A DNA stretch of 63,556 nt, the filler included, from Octopus bimaculoides (lineage: Eukaryota), in NCBI RefSeq assembly GCF_001194135.2. It is 8 parts of 8 records of this genome, joined end to end, with 100 filler letters (N's around TTAATTAATTAA, not from the genome) between each part and the next. Parts side by side here need not be neighbours in the genome. Positions count along the whole stretch, not along the records: positions 1 to 24,440 come from NC_068984.1; 7 more parts are not named here. One strand, given 5' to 3'. How positions within the stretch are numbered: the first letter of the stretch is position 1; each line of letters begins with the position of its first letter. Under the pieces are notes generated by a model, which was not told the origin of the DNA, ran no database searches, and saw only the letters and a program-made list of their open reading frames with translations. This document shows positions 1-12,613 of the stretch, in pieces. A program made the translations under genes and the position numbers.

Positions 1-470
1 CCCCCCGACCCCGTCAGTGTTCCCTGCCCAGAAAATCTTGTACCTATGTGCATTTATAAGAACATATTGGATATGACAAAGTATATGTATATGCATATGT
101 TAAAATGTCTATACATAATATGTATACAGCCAGCTACACATATGAGCATATATGGATTTGGGTGTATATATGTATGAGTGGATGTGAACATATTGCTGTG
201 TTTATATATGTATATTTTTTTTATATATATATGTAATTTTTTTATGTTTGTATAAAAAATTTTTTGTGTATATGAAAAGTATGAACATAGGTACTCTCAA
301 TAAGTAAAAATTGCATTTTCATATAGAAAATATATTAAATATGTAAGTGTGTGTGTGTGTGTATACATATATATATATATTGAGTATATTATAAGTATAT
401 GAATTCTGTTTTTAAGAGGTTATTTAATATATACAATAATATATAGAGAGGTAAACGAAAGATATGAGGA

Positions 471-1228
471 AATCAGATAGATCACATCTGTGTGAGCTGC
501 AAGTTCAGGAGATCACTGTTAGATAATAGGGTAAAAAGAGGGGCTGACACAGCCTCCGACCACCACCTACTATTTGGCAAACTACAACTGAAGTTAAGGG
601 CTTTAAAAGAGTAATGTAGGGTTCAACGAAAATACAATGTTGATTTACTAAAACACCAAGACACCCAAATAAAATACAGAAAAGCATTATCATGCAAATC
701 AATGCAAGTAAAAGGGATGCAAGGCAACACAATAGAACATACTTGGTCGAAAATTAGGGATGCTTTTATTTCATTATTAGAAGAATGCGTAGGGTGTGTA
801 AACAAAAAGAATAAGATGTGGATATCACAAGAGACACTAACAGCCAGAGAAGTAAGAAAGAAGCTACAGGAAAAATTACTGTCGGCAAGCTTAGAAGTAG
901 AGATGAATAGATGTCGGGGAAATTACAACCAACAAAATAAGGAAGTTAAAAAAAACAATTAAGAAGAGACAAGCGAAAATATTTCGAAAATTTAGCAACG
1001 ACAGCAGAAAGTGCAGCCCAGCACCAGAACATGAAAGAGCTGTACAACACAACTAAATTACTATCCGGGAAGAGAGTAAGAGTAGAAAAGGCAGTAAAAA
1101 GGAAGGATGGCCGGACGCTAACATCAATTCTAGAACAAAAAAATTGTTGGAAGGAGCATTTTGAAGCATGTTTTCATGGACAGGAATTGTTTTTGGTGGA
1201 GAATCCTGTGTCTCAGCAGCCCTTTTAA
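471..1228 (+). mobile_element. RTE-clade LINE ORF2 fragment (end of APE endonuclease and EN-RT linker), degenerate
   Basis: Translation from 471 gives NQIDHICVSCKFRRSLLDNRVKRGADTASDHHLL (APE C-terminal IDH/SDH motifs). ORFs 702-962 and 1031-1228 (KELYNTTKLLSGK...WKEHF) match the RTE linker. Stops and frameshifts are present. Confidence 0.85.
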
Positions 1229-1321
1229 GGAGAACACTGCTCACCTGGACATACTGGGAAGGTGCTAGAAAAGGTGCACTAAAAACTGTCTGTCCTCTCT
1301 CTGCTGGTTAGTTTACTGCGG

Positions 1322-2260
1322 TTGACATTGGTTCAATTTAGCAGGAATGAACAAAGAATTGACATAAACAATGATAACAAGTATGCAAGGAATAAGGTTT
1401 CTCTTAATCTGGACTGTTGGAATGTGAGAACTCTTTTAGACCGAGCAGATAGGCCTGAAAGAAGATCAGCTCTAGTAACTAAGGAGCTAAGGCATCTTAA
1501 TGTTGATATTGCAGCTCTTTCTGAAACAAGATGTTCAGATGAAGATCATGTTGAAAGAGTGGCAGGTTTCACATTATTCTGGGTTGGTAAGCCAAAGGGA
1601 GAGAAAAGGGAAGGTGGTGTTGGGTTTGCAATTAGAAGTGATTTGCTAAAAGACCTAGAACCACCACAAAGCATAAATACACACATAATGAAACTTTGGA
1701 TCTCTCTTTCTTGTGGACGTTTTGTAACTGTTTTCTCTAATTATGCTCCTACACTTTCAGCTAGTGAAGAAAATATTCATGCATTTTTGAGCAGCTTGGA
1801 AGAAGTATTCTGTTAGTCCCTTTGAATGTGTGCTTGGTGACTTTAATGCACATGCTGGTAGAGACTATGGTGCTTGGAATGTACTTAGGCATTATGGAAT
1901 AGGAAAGGTGAACAACAATAGGTTGCATCTGCTCCAAATGTGCTCTGGTTGTTGAAAATACTTTATTTCATCATAAGATGGATGAAACATAAGGTACCTG
2001 GATTCACCCAAGATCAAAGCAAGGTCACATGATTGTCTTTGTATTAACTTTGAAAGCTGACTTAGAAGATTTGTGCAGTCTCAGATTATTGCAAGGTGCT
2101 GATTGCGATACTGATCACAAAATGGTTAGGGCCAAGTTCAAGGTCCATAAGAAAATTCATAGTGCTGGTGTACGAGTACCAAAGAAAATTGATGTAGAGT
2201 AGCTAAAACAACCACAAGTTTTGCAGTTGTTTCAGAAGAGATGCAGCAATGTTCATTTTG
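1322..2260 (+). mobile_element. RTE/BovB-like LINE fragment, APE endonuclease domain
   Basis: ORF 1322-1816 contains CWNVRTLLDR...DIAALSETR...GVGFAI...YAPT. Broken frames continue with LGDFNAH, WIHPRSKQGH and GADCDTDH. Confidence 0.9.
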
Positions 2261-2766
2261 AAAGCTCATGGCAATCTTTTTGTGATGGAATAACATTTGC
2301 TGTCTCGTTAAACTATGCTACACTAATCTCCCAAAAATAATTTTCTCCCTCGTGTTCTGACCACTAACCCTAACTCCTCTCTCTCTGCTTTACTCTGTCT
2401 CTCTCAATTTCAATCTCACTCTCTCTCTCTCTCTCTCTCCCTCTTTCGAAAAGTAATGCATGCATCCTGATTCCCCTACTCGATCTTAGAACCTCTGCTG
2501 AAGAAATACGAATCTTAGAATGATGTCCAGATAAGAAGTTTTTTTGTCTTTTCAACTTCGTTCATACCCTTCTATTTATGTGCTGATCATAACAGCTTAC
2601 TTAGTGCTTTCACTATTCTGTCTATTTCATTACCATGTCGTCAAATTCATTCATTTATTCAAGTTTATCACACAGTCACTTATTTCTATAATTCTGTCTT
2701 AGATTAGCTGTCTGAAAACTCAGATTTTTCAATTCTATATTACTATTATCACCATTTGCTGACAAT

Positions 2767-2853
2767 CTCTTCTCTTTAGTTCTGTCCACATTTGCTCGAA
2801 GATATTTAACTCAGGGCTCATCGAGCAAATGTGGACAGAACTAAAGAGAAGAG
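2767..2853. repeat. Perfect 33-bp inverted repeat with 21-nt loop
   Basis: 2767-2799 (CTCTTCTCTTTAGTTCTGTCCACATTTGCTCGA) is the exact reverse complement of 2821-2853. Confidence 0.97.
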
Positions 2854-3327
2854 TTCATCAGAAGAATCCACGCAATCTTGAAGAGTTGTGAGAGCTCAGC
2901 CACAGAGAATGGCATCTCATACCTGTGAAGATTGTGAAGGATTTGTACGCATCTCTTCCCAAGCGCATTGAAGCAATTATTCAAACTAAGGGAAGCCACA
3001 CAAAATATTAACAATGTACAGTAACTTCTTGAAATGAACATTATGTAATCAATATTCATTATAGACATTTTTCTGTTTTAAAACACTGTATCTTGATTGG
3101 TTTATGTGAGGTAGCCGAAAACTTTTGCATGGACATTTTTGGTGGTCATCTCGCATCTTCCCCTCTCATTTAGAACACCTACTACAAAATATAATGATTA
3201 GGTATGGAAATGACTCCAACAGGGTCAATGTTTCATCAGTAAAAAACGCAATGTGAAACATCCACTGTTGGCAAATAGTAGAAATTTACAATAATTTAAA
3301 GTGGCCAAAGACTTTTGCATGGTACTG
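2820..3327 (+). mobile_element. Tc1-family transposon 3' relic with an IR/DR-type right end
   Basis: 2820-3011 translates to IEQMWTELKRRVHQKNPRNLEEL*...LYASLPKRIEAIIQTKGSHTKY* (Tc1 C-terminus). The right TIR GTGGCCAAAGACTTTTGCATGGTACTG ends at 3327 and is followed by TA. An inner related repeat (GTAGCCGAAAACTTTTGCATGG) lies at about 3111-3132. Confidence 0.85.
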
Positions 3328-3959
3328 TACAATGCGTCATGAAAGATAACTAATGTATTAAAAATAACCCAAAAGTTGATAATCATTTGCCCAACTTTCC
3401 TATTTAAGTTCAAAGCAAAACAATAGCTTAAAAACAAAAAAAAAAAAAAGAGATAAATCGTGTCAGTCTTTGTACAATGTCCAGTTGTCGAATAATCACG
3501 GTGTTCACAAACATACACATCCACACAATTTTTCAACAGTAGTTAGGTGCTTAAATTTGATTGAAAATGTACCTTAAAAGTCTTCCTTTTACAAAAGACA
3601 TTTTATAAATAAAATCAATAAAATAAGTAGCTGACAGAAATATCTAATGATGCTGATGTGATCAACAGTCCAATAAATGAAAACTAGATATATAATACAA
3701 CTGACCAGTTCTCTATCACTATTTGTACTACCTGTACCGCTGACCAGCAAACTCCATGAGCCAACAAGGAAACCCGTCTTGGTTACTCAACCAGCCAGAA
3801 ATAACAGCCAAATCTATCGCAAGCCACACTCTACCACGTTTAAATTAAAAAATAAAAAGACAAGGTAACATTGGATAATGTATAAAAAAAAAAAGGAAAG
3901 TAAAAATAACAGTACAGGATGGTCATAGTGGATATATTTTTGATCGTAGGTCTGCTTGC

Positions 3960-6845
3960 GGCTATTTAGCAAAGGAAGAAGCAGAAAGAGAGGGGCGTGA
4001 GAACCAAAGGTATTCCGGATTGCAAGGCAATGTATCAGTCAAGATGTAGGAGAGAAGAGTGAGCGGAAAGATAAGTACTCTTAGTGTACTTAATGATTCT
4101 GGGAAGAGAGACATAGGGGTGCTATTATGAAAGACTACTAAACGAAGAGAATGAATGGAAGGGAATCTTCCTAATATGAACCTGACAAAAAGGTTCAAGA
4201 ATTCTTGTTGACAGCAATGTGATAGACAAAGTAATTGAGGATATGAAGACAGGCAAAGTCTCTGGTCCATTCGGAATTACTGCTGAGTTGTTTAAAATAT
4301 TTAGCGTAGTGGGATATGTCCGAGTCACCTGTATGTTAATCAGGTTGTACCGGAAAGTATCATACCGAATGGTTTTATGATAAACTATTTTCACACATCA
4401 AAAACTCCTTAGAAAATGATTCCTCCAAATTCGAAACTGATTCCTTATTTTATTGCTGTATTTTCCTTTATTTATTTATTTATTTTTTATTATACAGGCT
4501 GTTGGTATCCAATTGTTTGTAAATGTTTTTAATCAGTAAGGAATCAATATCCTGCCAAGCATTAGTATTTAATGAGATGCGTTAGAGAGGAGTGATTAGA
4601 GAAGTATCAAAATACTGGACTAGGTTATGAAAGTCACTGAAAGGGTCACAGCTTACTTAATTAGGAAAAGTTAACCTAGAAGAGATGCAGTTTTCGCATC
4701 AGGAAAAAGTACTACTAATGCTCTCTTTACCTCAACTGCAGAAGTATTTAGTTGAAAGTAAATCAGTTTAATTAGTATTCATCGAAGTGGAGAAGGTGTT
4801 CATCAGGGTTCCTCACTCCTTGATCTGGTGGTCACTGAGGGAACTAAGGGTAGATGAAAATCTAGTGAGAACTGTTAGAGCCATGTGCAGGGATGTTGTC
4901 AGTATGCTGAGAGTTAATGTGTACAGTACTGAATTTAGTGTGCTGGTAGTTCACCAGGGTTCGCTTGTCATTACCCACCTATTTATCATAGTCCTCCAAG
5001 CTATAACAGATGATTTTAAGAGCAATTGCCCATGGAAACTCCTCTCTGCTGATGACATGTTTCTTATAGCTGAAACTGCAGTAGAATTAAAAATAAAATT
5101 CCAGGTGTGAAAACTGAGCCTGAAATCAAAGGGTCTTAAAGTTAACTTAACGAAGACTAGAGCTTTAGTCTACTGGAAAACAAACAGGACGCTAATCCCG
5201 TTAGGTAAATGGCCCTTTTCGATATTTAGAAGAGGCTTTGGTAGAAATTTCATAAAGTGTACTCAGTGCAAGCTATGAACACAAAAGAGGTGCAGTGGAA
5301 TCACAGGAAAAGTAACCGAGAAAGTAAATTTTGTTTGTGGCTGTTGCGTAGATACAATAAACCCTAAGAGAACATGAGAAGTAGATATTCTAGAATGTTC
5401 AGAAGGATCCTCAGAGCTAGTAGTTTCTACAGGGTGGCCCAGAAGTCACGAAGGGGTTTCAATATTTAATAACTTTTAAAATAATTATTCAATTTTTATT
5501 TTATTCCAGATTTATATGAAGAAGACCCTAAAATTTAATAGTAGAAAAGTACACTACTGAACAGCGAACACATTGTGAAATTTTATTATCAAAATCAAGG
5601 GTCAATAATTCGGACTCAACGAGCATATCGTTGTCATTATGGAGCAATGGATTGTCCAAGTGAATCAATGGTCAGGCGATTAATTGATTGTTTTGAGGAT
5701 CAAGGATTAGTAAGTGACCTTCCAAGAATAGGCAGACCTCCCTCCGTTAGAAATGAAGCCACGGTCAGGCGTGCAAGGTAGAGTATTAAAGAAGACCCGA
5801 CAACATTAACGCGAAGACACTCTGGACAAATTGGAGTCTACAGGACATTGCTCTAACGAATTTTAAAAACAATGGAACTTTTACCATATAAAATCGAATT
5901 GGTGCAACAGCTGAAAGAACCAGATTATGCTGCTATATTTACGATATGCCACAAGATTCTAAGAATTAGCAAGAGAAGATCTATCTCGTTCTCCAGACTT
6001 TTTTCTATGGGATTATCTTAAGGAAAACGTTTATGTCGACAAGCCTCAAAAAATTGCAGACTTAAAAATAACATTGGTACAGAAATTACATCACTGGAGC
6101 CACAAACGTTAAGGTCTGTTATAAAAAACGCCTTAGAAGGAGCATGTTTATGCGAATTGGAAAATGGACGCCATTTAAAAGATATCTTTTCACACCTAGG
6201 GAAAACAATCTCACATCTTTTTTTTATAATTTACCAACTAAAATATCACAATTTTTAAACAAAAGAAATGAGATATTAAATATTGAAACTCCTTCGTGAC
6301 TTCTGGGCCACCCTATATAATCTGGGTGGATGAAACGTGTTGAAAGTATAGTTGCTAGAATAAGAACTGACAACAGAAAATTCAGAGAACAGAATGGTAA
6401 AAAATAGGCCAATCTCTCAGAGTGAAAGGATGTTTGTACGATGCGTACAACCAGCAGTGCTGCATGGTTGTGAAACGGGTTACAAATGCAGAGGACAAAC
6501 GAAAACTTGAACGAAATGGTGCTAGCTAGCATGTTCGCTAGATGTGCATTGTGTCATCAGTATGTACGACAAAGTGTGTGTTGAGAGAAAAATTGCGCAT
6601 AAGAGACATCAGATATGGTGTGCAAGAGAGAGAAAACTGTGCTGGTATGGTCATATGATGCGGAGGATGAGAACAGGTGAATAAAGAAGTGCCGTGGATA
6701 AAACCTGCAGAAGAGGGAAACCCAAGAAGGTTTGGGATGAACTAGTGAAGACCAACTTCAAGATGTTGAGCCTCACAGAAGAGATGACAAAGAACTCAGA
6801 AGAATGGCAATATGCTGCGCTTGAGAAAACCCGTCCATCTTAGCA
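3960..6845 (+). mobile_element. RTE-clade LINE (RT and 3' end), degenerate, interrupted at about 4380-4570 and at 5430-6315
   Basis: Recognisable RT segments include KTGKVSGPFGITAELFKI, RVPHSLIWWSLRELRV, VHQGS, PWKLLSADD and KSKGLKVNLTKT. The sequence resumes after the mariner insertion (ESIVARIR...GKPKKVWDELVK). Confidence 0.88.
5430..6315 (+). mobile_element. Tc1/mariner internal-deletion derivative (DUF4817-type HTH N-terminus, DDD core deleted) nested in the RTE LINE
   Basis: TIRs of about 40 bp (CAGGGTGGCCCAGAAGTCACGAAGG[G/A]GTTTCAATATTTAATA) with TA on both sides (5428-5429, 6316-6317). ORF 5575-5781 gives FYYQNQGSIIRTQRAYR...GRPPSVR, and the C-terminal remnant reads SPDFFLWDYLKENVY. 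Confidence 0.92.
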
Positions 6846-6909
6846 AAAACGAGGTGCTGTCAAGCCATATTCAATGGGGTTTTAAAAAAAATGAATATTC
6901 TTATTGTAA

Positions 6910-7870
6910 ATGTGTCAAAAATTGTAGTGGCTGAAATGTTATCTCAGGAAGGACACTCAGTAGCTTTTGAAAGTCACAAAAGAATTAGCCAAACATTGAA
7001 AAGGAGGCAGTAGTAATAGTGTGTAGATACCTTGTAGCACTTTCTTTCAGGAAAGTAATTTTGTTTGGAAACTGACCATCAACCTTTAAAGACACTCTTC
7101 GTGAAGGATCTAGATGTGTCTCGACGTGTTTCATTTCAAATAGCCAGGTGGGGCATAATTATTTTGCAACATTATTTCATCATTAAGCATATTCCTATCA
7201 AAAGTATTCCACGTGTTGATGCTCTTCTGCCGTTTGACATACAACAGAAATAATGATAATGATATATTAACTTTCTTTCTTTCACCTTTACAAAAATATA
7301 CTAATTCTTGGTAGGATATTGATTCCTTACTGATTCAAAACATTCACGAACTGGATATCAATAAAGGCAAGAATACAGCAATAAAATAAGGAACTAGTTT
7401 CGAATTTGGAGGAATCATTTTCTAAGGAGTTTTTGATGTGTGAAACTAGTTCATCATAAAAATCGCCCATTTATTCTACCTCCTTATAGAGCCTCAATGT
7501 TGACTAGAATACGTGACACGGATATAGACAAACGACTAAGAAAGCACGATTCTGTTTAGTATTGGCCCGTGCCTAGGGTTGCTTCAGAATATTCTGGGTG
7601 GGCACTAATTAGTATTGCGAGAAGATTTTTGGAAACTGTATTTTCTAAATTTGAGGGTGTAGTGCCGTCCAGTGCCCCTACGAGCATGGTTTGGCTTACT
7701 CCATTGAAAAGTTGTTTGTTAAATCCTGTGACAGTCAAATGTTTAGACTGTGTCTAATAAAAGAATGATACACGACCTGTTTGTGAACCCTGGCAATTTG
7801 TCCGTGTGGATTTGAGTATATGTCCCAAATATTGGTAGCATTGTAATCATCGTAGATTCATCTGTGTTCA
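6910..7870 (+). mobile_element. Ty3/gypsy pol relic (RNase H to start of integrase)
   Basis: ETDHQPLK...IARW...HIP (RNase H), then NRPFILPPYR, YWP and PWQFVRVD (integrase). Heavily decayed. Confidence 0.7.
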
Positions 7871-8625
7871 TTAATTAATGTTCGACATGGTTAGTACGGG
7901 TTGTATTGTTCATCCTTTCCATCGCTGAATACAAAACGTGTCTCGCGAGACCTTCCTTCTTTCGGCTGATTTTCCTGAGTCCACCACTTCATGCTTGTAC
8001 ACCAATCTGTTACACGATTACCCATTTATAGCTGAGTGGACTGGAGCAGCGTGAAACGAAGTTTTTTGCGTTCATTTGAAATTCAAAACCATCTTAATTC
8101 TTTCAAAGATGAAAGGTTGTTTACCTTTTTCTCAACACTCACAACTCAACTCTAATAAGAAATACTACTTTAAACTATTCAATTTCTATAATGAAGTTGG
8201 TGGATCCAACTTCATTATAGAAGTTGGAGCCACCAAATATTTTAATTGTATGTGGTTGTAGTGATGATATGAAACACGCCGAAGACCCTCATCATTGCCT
8301 CTGGAATGTACTTAAGTTTGTCGCAAAATTTGTCACTGCTAACACATTTTTCAAATAAAAAGTTCATCTACTTTTAAACGTATGGTAAGCGTTAATTGCC
8401 TATGAAACACTTCCACTTTTTGACCTGGAACACACAAAAGCGTCATTCAATGTACACACAAACTGTTAATTACGATATTTTGTTTATGGAACAAAATACA
8501 AAATCTTTTAAAAATTTAACTTGATCTTCCTCTTCAGGAAATTACTGGATATGGTTTAATTTTAATTTGTAAATGTATAAATAAAAATAAATGACTAAAA
8601 AATACAGTTACTGAAAGGCCGCAAG

Positions 8626-8661
8626 TATAAACCGGAACTTCATAAATTAGAAGGTCACTTC
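8626..8661 (+). promoter_or_regulatory. Core promoter of eIF1A: TATA box and Initiator
   Basis: TATAAA at 8626-8631 lies 31 nt upstream of the A (8657) of TCACTTC, which matches Inr YYANWYY. An ETS-like CCGGAA follows the TATA box. There is no ATG between 8657 and the start codon at 8737. Confidence 0.7.
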
Positions 8662-8736
8662 CTCTCCAGATATTTCCCATCATTCCATCTATTTGACACC
8701 TTATCTATTTTATTGAGTAAATTACGAAGCTTTAAT

Positions 8737-8752
8737 ATGCCAAAGAATAAAG
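8737..8752 (+). CDS. EIF1A: Eukaryotic translation initiation factor 1A, coding exon 1 (MPKNK-G)
   Basis: ATG CCA AAG AAT AAA G followed by donor GTAAGA. The 16-nt phase-1 exon joins in frame to 17615. Confidence 0.93.
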
Positions 8753-10369
8753 GTAAGACATCAAATCTATTTTATATAATTTGTACATTTTATTATTTTT
8801 TTAAATCAATTTAATTAGCCATATGGATGAGTACTTTTACTCTCCTTTAGTATTTCCCGGTTGCTTCTTGGTTAGCCTTACTTCGCCATATCAATTTCTC
8901 ATCTTATGCAACAAATATTTCTTTAGAATAATTAATATATAAATAACTCTTTGATCCTTCGCGTACTTTATTCATTTTGCGGATAGAAGAAAAAATATCA
9001 GCTTGTAAATAACTAATTTTCATTAGCGTATTTCTAAATGTAAAACAACAGCATCCAGAAGCCATATTGCACTTTATTTTTAAAACTTATTTCACATAAC
9101 ATGTGCTTTGCTTCAGGATTGAAATCGACATTTGGAAAAATGCTCTCTTTAATCTTCACAACTTATATTTTCATTTGATATCAACGAACATTTTCTGTTT
9201 GTGTAAATCATTTTGTGTTCAACTGTTGCTAGAAGTTTATAATTTTTATTACAACAATTATTCGTTGTCTATTAATTACGACGCATGAAATTTAAATTTG
9301 CGATATATTCTTGAGTTAGGCTAAAGTGTCAGTAATTTACGTTTCTTTATACAGTCAACTAGAGGACATTGGAAACTACTATGATTACCAAAATGATTTG
9401 TGGTATTTATTTCAGCACCCTGTCATTTTTAGTTTAATTATTGACTGAGTACACTATATGGACCAATAAAATTTAATGATTAAAATTTATTTCAGGATAT
9501 CAATTCCGCCGATGATCAAATTTCATAAAAATCCTTACCTAAATTAGTTGATCTCGTAGCTTGATTTTATATTTTGAAATAATTCTAAGTTATAGAGAAT
9601 AAAATTTTAGCTTTTGGAGAAGTTTTTGAACTGTTTACTTCATCTAATTTGGTAAATCATATTCATTATCCGTGTCGGATGAATCAGTGTCATGTTTATG
9701 AACACTTACTAGAGTTTTATTAAACTCTTTTAGAGACGCTTCTTCGTTATTATCCGACATAGATTGACATTTCAAATTATAATTTACGGAAAATTCAATT
9801 AGAAACTATGGACAGTTACCTTACAATAGAAATTTTGAAGTAAACAGGATTTTCCCATGGAATATGACACATGAGGTGAAATGAGTAAATCCAAGCAATA
9901 TCGGGGAGATGGCACACGTTGACGATACCACCGAAAGGAAATATCCTTAGGAAAAGTAAGTTAAGATTGGAAAAAAATAATTGAGATATTCATGCGAGTA
10001 CATTTTTTTGAATTCATTTTTGAAGTGCAGTAAGGTAGAAGCGCCCTCTAAGGTTCATTTCACGCAGGTACCTGACGCTTTTAACGACTGTTCTTCTAAA
10101 ATACCCTTAAAGGGTCCACTTTTCTTAAGTAGTACCGATCCTCTCCCATGACTCCCTCGCCGGTGATATTTTATCCACTGACGACGAAGGAAGCCTCTAG
10201 AGATTCAATAATAAAAAAGAAAAGCAAAACAAATCGGTAATTATAAGTTGCTTACCTATAAAATATTTAAAGTAACGAGTCCGTACGTATGCGCCTACGT
10301 AATAATAGATTCAACTGTTATTGTCCAAAAGATTTTCTACATTTTTGCCGCGAATCGTGTGCTTTTTTC

Positions 10370-10487
10370 GGTAAATTTTCAGATTAACACCCGCACGATT
10401 TTCACTAGAGTGTTAGGGTGGGAATTCCGTCCCTAAAACCCTAACAGCTTAGTGAAAATCGTGCGGGTGTTAATCTGAAAATTCACC
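10370..10487. mobile_element. Palindromic MITE, Merlin-like (copy 1)
   Basis: TIR GGTAAATTTTCAGATTAACACCCGCACGATTTTCACTA with a perfect 8-bp TSD CTTTTTTC (10362-10369, 10488-10495). Confidence 0.88.
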
Positions 10488-11009
10488 CTTTTTTCTTGTC
10501 AACTTTTACAATTTACCGAAATAACAACCAAATCTTACTTCAGCCACAGTGCTGTCTACAAAAAGGAGTGCACATTGGAAGATGTAATTGCACATCCAAT
10601 GTTTGGTTGGAAGGTTGGATATTGACTTCAGACAGTATTTGCTAGAATGTCTGAAGGGAACAGGTGGTCGAAATTCTTCTCTATCAGGGCTGACTTAAGT
10701 CTAAAGAAAAACTGATAAAAGGAGTCCCAAAATGTCCCTATCAGTATTCGTTTTGTGCACTGGAGGTCTGTTATTGGCAAATGTGCTTTACTTTAACTAG
10801 ATCAGATGTATGCAAATTTTATCGTTAACATATGCTTTTTCTTATCTCTGAATTTCAACATAAAATTATTTTTTTGTAGTTTGACGAGCTACTTTTGTAT
10901 CAATTTAACTGTTTAGAATAAATAATAAGGAAAGCTGAGTCAGTACATTCTTTCAGAATACTTTGGAGAGAAGAAGGTTATTCTGCTCTGGAAATGTAAC
11001 AGAAATTGT

Positions 11010-11294
11010 AGGCGCAGGAGTGCCTATGTGGTAAGTAACTTGCTTACCAACCATATGGTTCTGGGTTCATTCCCACTGCGTGACACCTTGGGCAAGTGTC
11101 TTCTACTATAGCCTCTGGCCGACCATAGCTTTGTGAGTGGATTTGGTAGACGGAAACTGAAAGAAGCCTGTCGTATATATGTATATATATATGTTTGTGT
11201 GTCTGTGTTTGTAGCCCCAACATCGCTTGACAACCGATGCTGGTGTGTTTACGTCCCCGTAACTGAGCGGTTCGGCAAAAAGAGATCGATAGAA
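11010..11294 (+). mobile_element. tRNA-derived SINE, family 1 (internal TA/TG microsatellite). Other full or partial copies lie at about 14170-14440, 16130-16430, 24020-24225, 30540-30960, 31330-31520, 32460-32630, 44170-44510, 46010-46220, 52370-52590, 54480-54600, 56405-56520, 57340-57650, 57900-58300 and 59930-60330
   Basis: A-box-like GTGGTAAG and B-box-like GGTTCA..CCC head. The shared body CACCTTGGGCAAGTGTCTTCTACTATAGCC...GATTTGGTAGACGGAAACTGAAAGAAGCC recurs across the window on both strands. Confidence 0.9.
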
Positions 11295-12453
11295 NNNNNN
11301 NNNNNNNNNNNNNNNNNNNNNNNNNNNNNNNNNNNNNNNNNNNNNNNNNNNNNNNNNNNNNNNNNNNNNNNNNNNNNNNNNNNNNNNNNNNNNNNNNNNN
11401 NNNNNNNNNNNNNNNNNNNNNNNNNNNNNNNNNNNNNNNNNNNNNNNNNNNNNNNNNNNNNNNNNNNNNNNNNNNNNNNNNNNNNNNNNNNNNNNNNNNN
11501 NNNNNNNNNNNNNNNNNNNNNNNNNNNNNNNNNNNNNNNNNNNNNNNNNNNNNNNNNNNNNNNNNNNNNNNNNNNNNNNNNNNNNNNNNNNNNNNNNNNN
11601 NNNNNNNNNNNNNNNNNNNNNNNNNNNNNNNNNNNNNNNNNNNNNNNNNNNNNNNNNNNNNNNNNNNNNNNNNNNNNNNNNNNNNNNNNNNNNNNNNNNN
11701 NNNNNNNNNNNNNNNNNNNNNNNNNNNNNNNNNNNNNNNNNNNNNNNNNNNNNNNNNNNNNNNNNNNNNNNNNNNNNNNNNNNNNNNNNNNNNNNNNNNN
11801 NNNNNNNNNNNNNNNNNNNNNNNNNNNNNNNNNNNNNNNNNNNNNNNNNNNNNNNNNNNNNNNNNNNNNNNNNNNNNNNNNNNNNNNNNNNNNNNNNNNN
11901 NNNNNNNNNNNNNNNNNNNNNNNNNNNNNNNNNNNNNNNNNNNNNNNNNNNNNNNNNNNNNNNNNNNNNNNNNNNNNNNNNNNNNNNNNNNNNNNNNNNN
12001 NNNNNNNNNNNNNNNNNNNNNNNNNNNNNNNNNNNNNNNNNNNNNNNNNNNNNNNNNNNNNNNNNNNNNNNNNNNNNNNNNNNNNNNNNNNNNNNNNNNN
12101 NNNNNNNNNNNNNNNNNNNNNNNNNNNNNNNNNNNNNNNNNNNNNNNNNNNNNNNNNNNNNNNNNNNNNNNNNNNNNNNNNNNNNNNNNNNNNNNAAAAA
12201 AAAATCGGGCCTTGAATGTATGCTAAAAATTATTGGATGACAAATGAACAAAACGGTATTTAATTTCCGTTTCTTTGTTTTATGTCCACATTTCATTTGA
12301 GTAAACTAAACATTTCATTCTTTCCAGGATTGATAACAGTTAAGTTCTTATGATCACTTTAAATATTAACTGTAGCACTCTCGAAATTTTTGGTCATATG
12401 CTGGAGGCTGGCATCAGTGACAACCAGCTTATATAGCTATACCATCAAATAAA

Positions 12454-12613
12454 GGTAAATTTTCTGATTAACACTCGCACGATTTTCACTAGGGTGTTAG
12501 TGTTACGGTTAGGGGGTTAGGGAATTCCGTCCGTAACCCTAAAACCATAACCCTGACCCTAAAACCGTAACATCCTAGTGAAGATCGTGCAGGTGTTAAT
12601 CTGAAAATTTACC
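12454..12613. mobile_element. Palindromic MITE, Merlin-like (copy 2)
   Basis: Same TIR family with a perfect 8-bp TSD CAAATAAA (12446-12453, 12614-12621). Contains internal TTAGGG/CCCTAA-like repeats. Confidence 0.9.
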
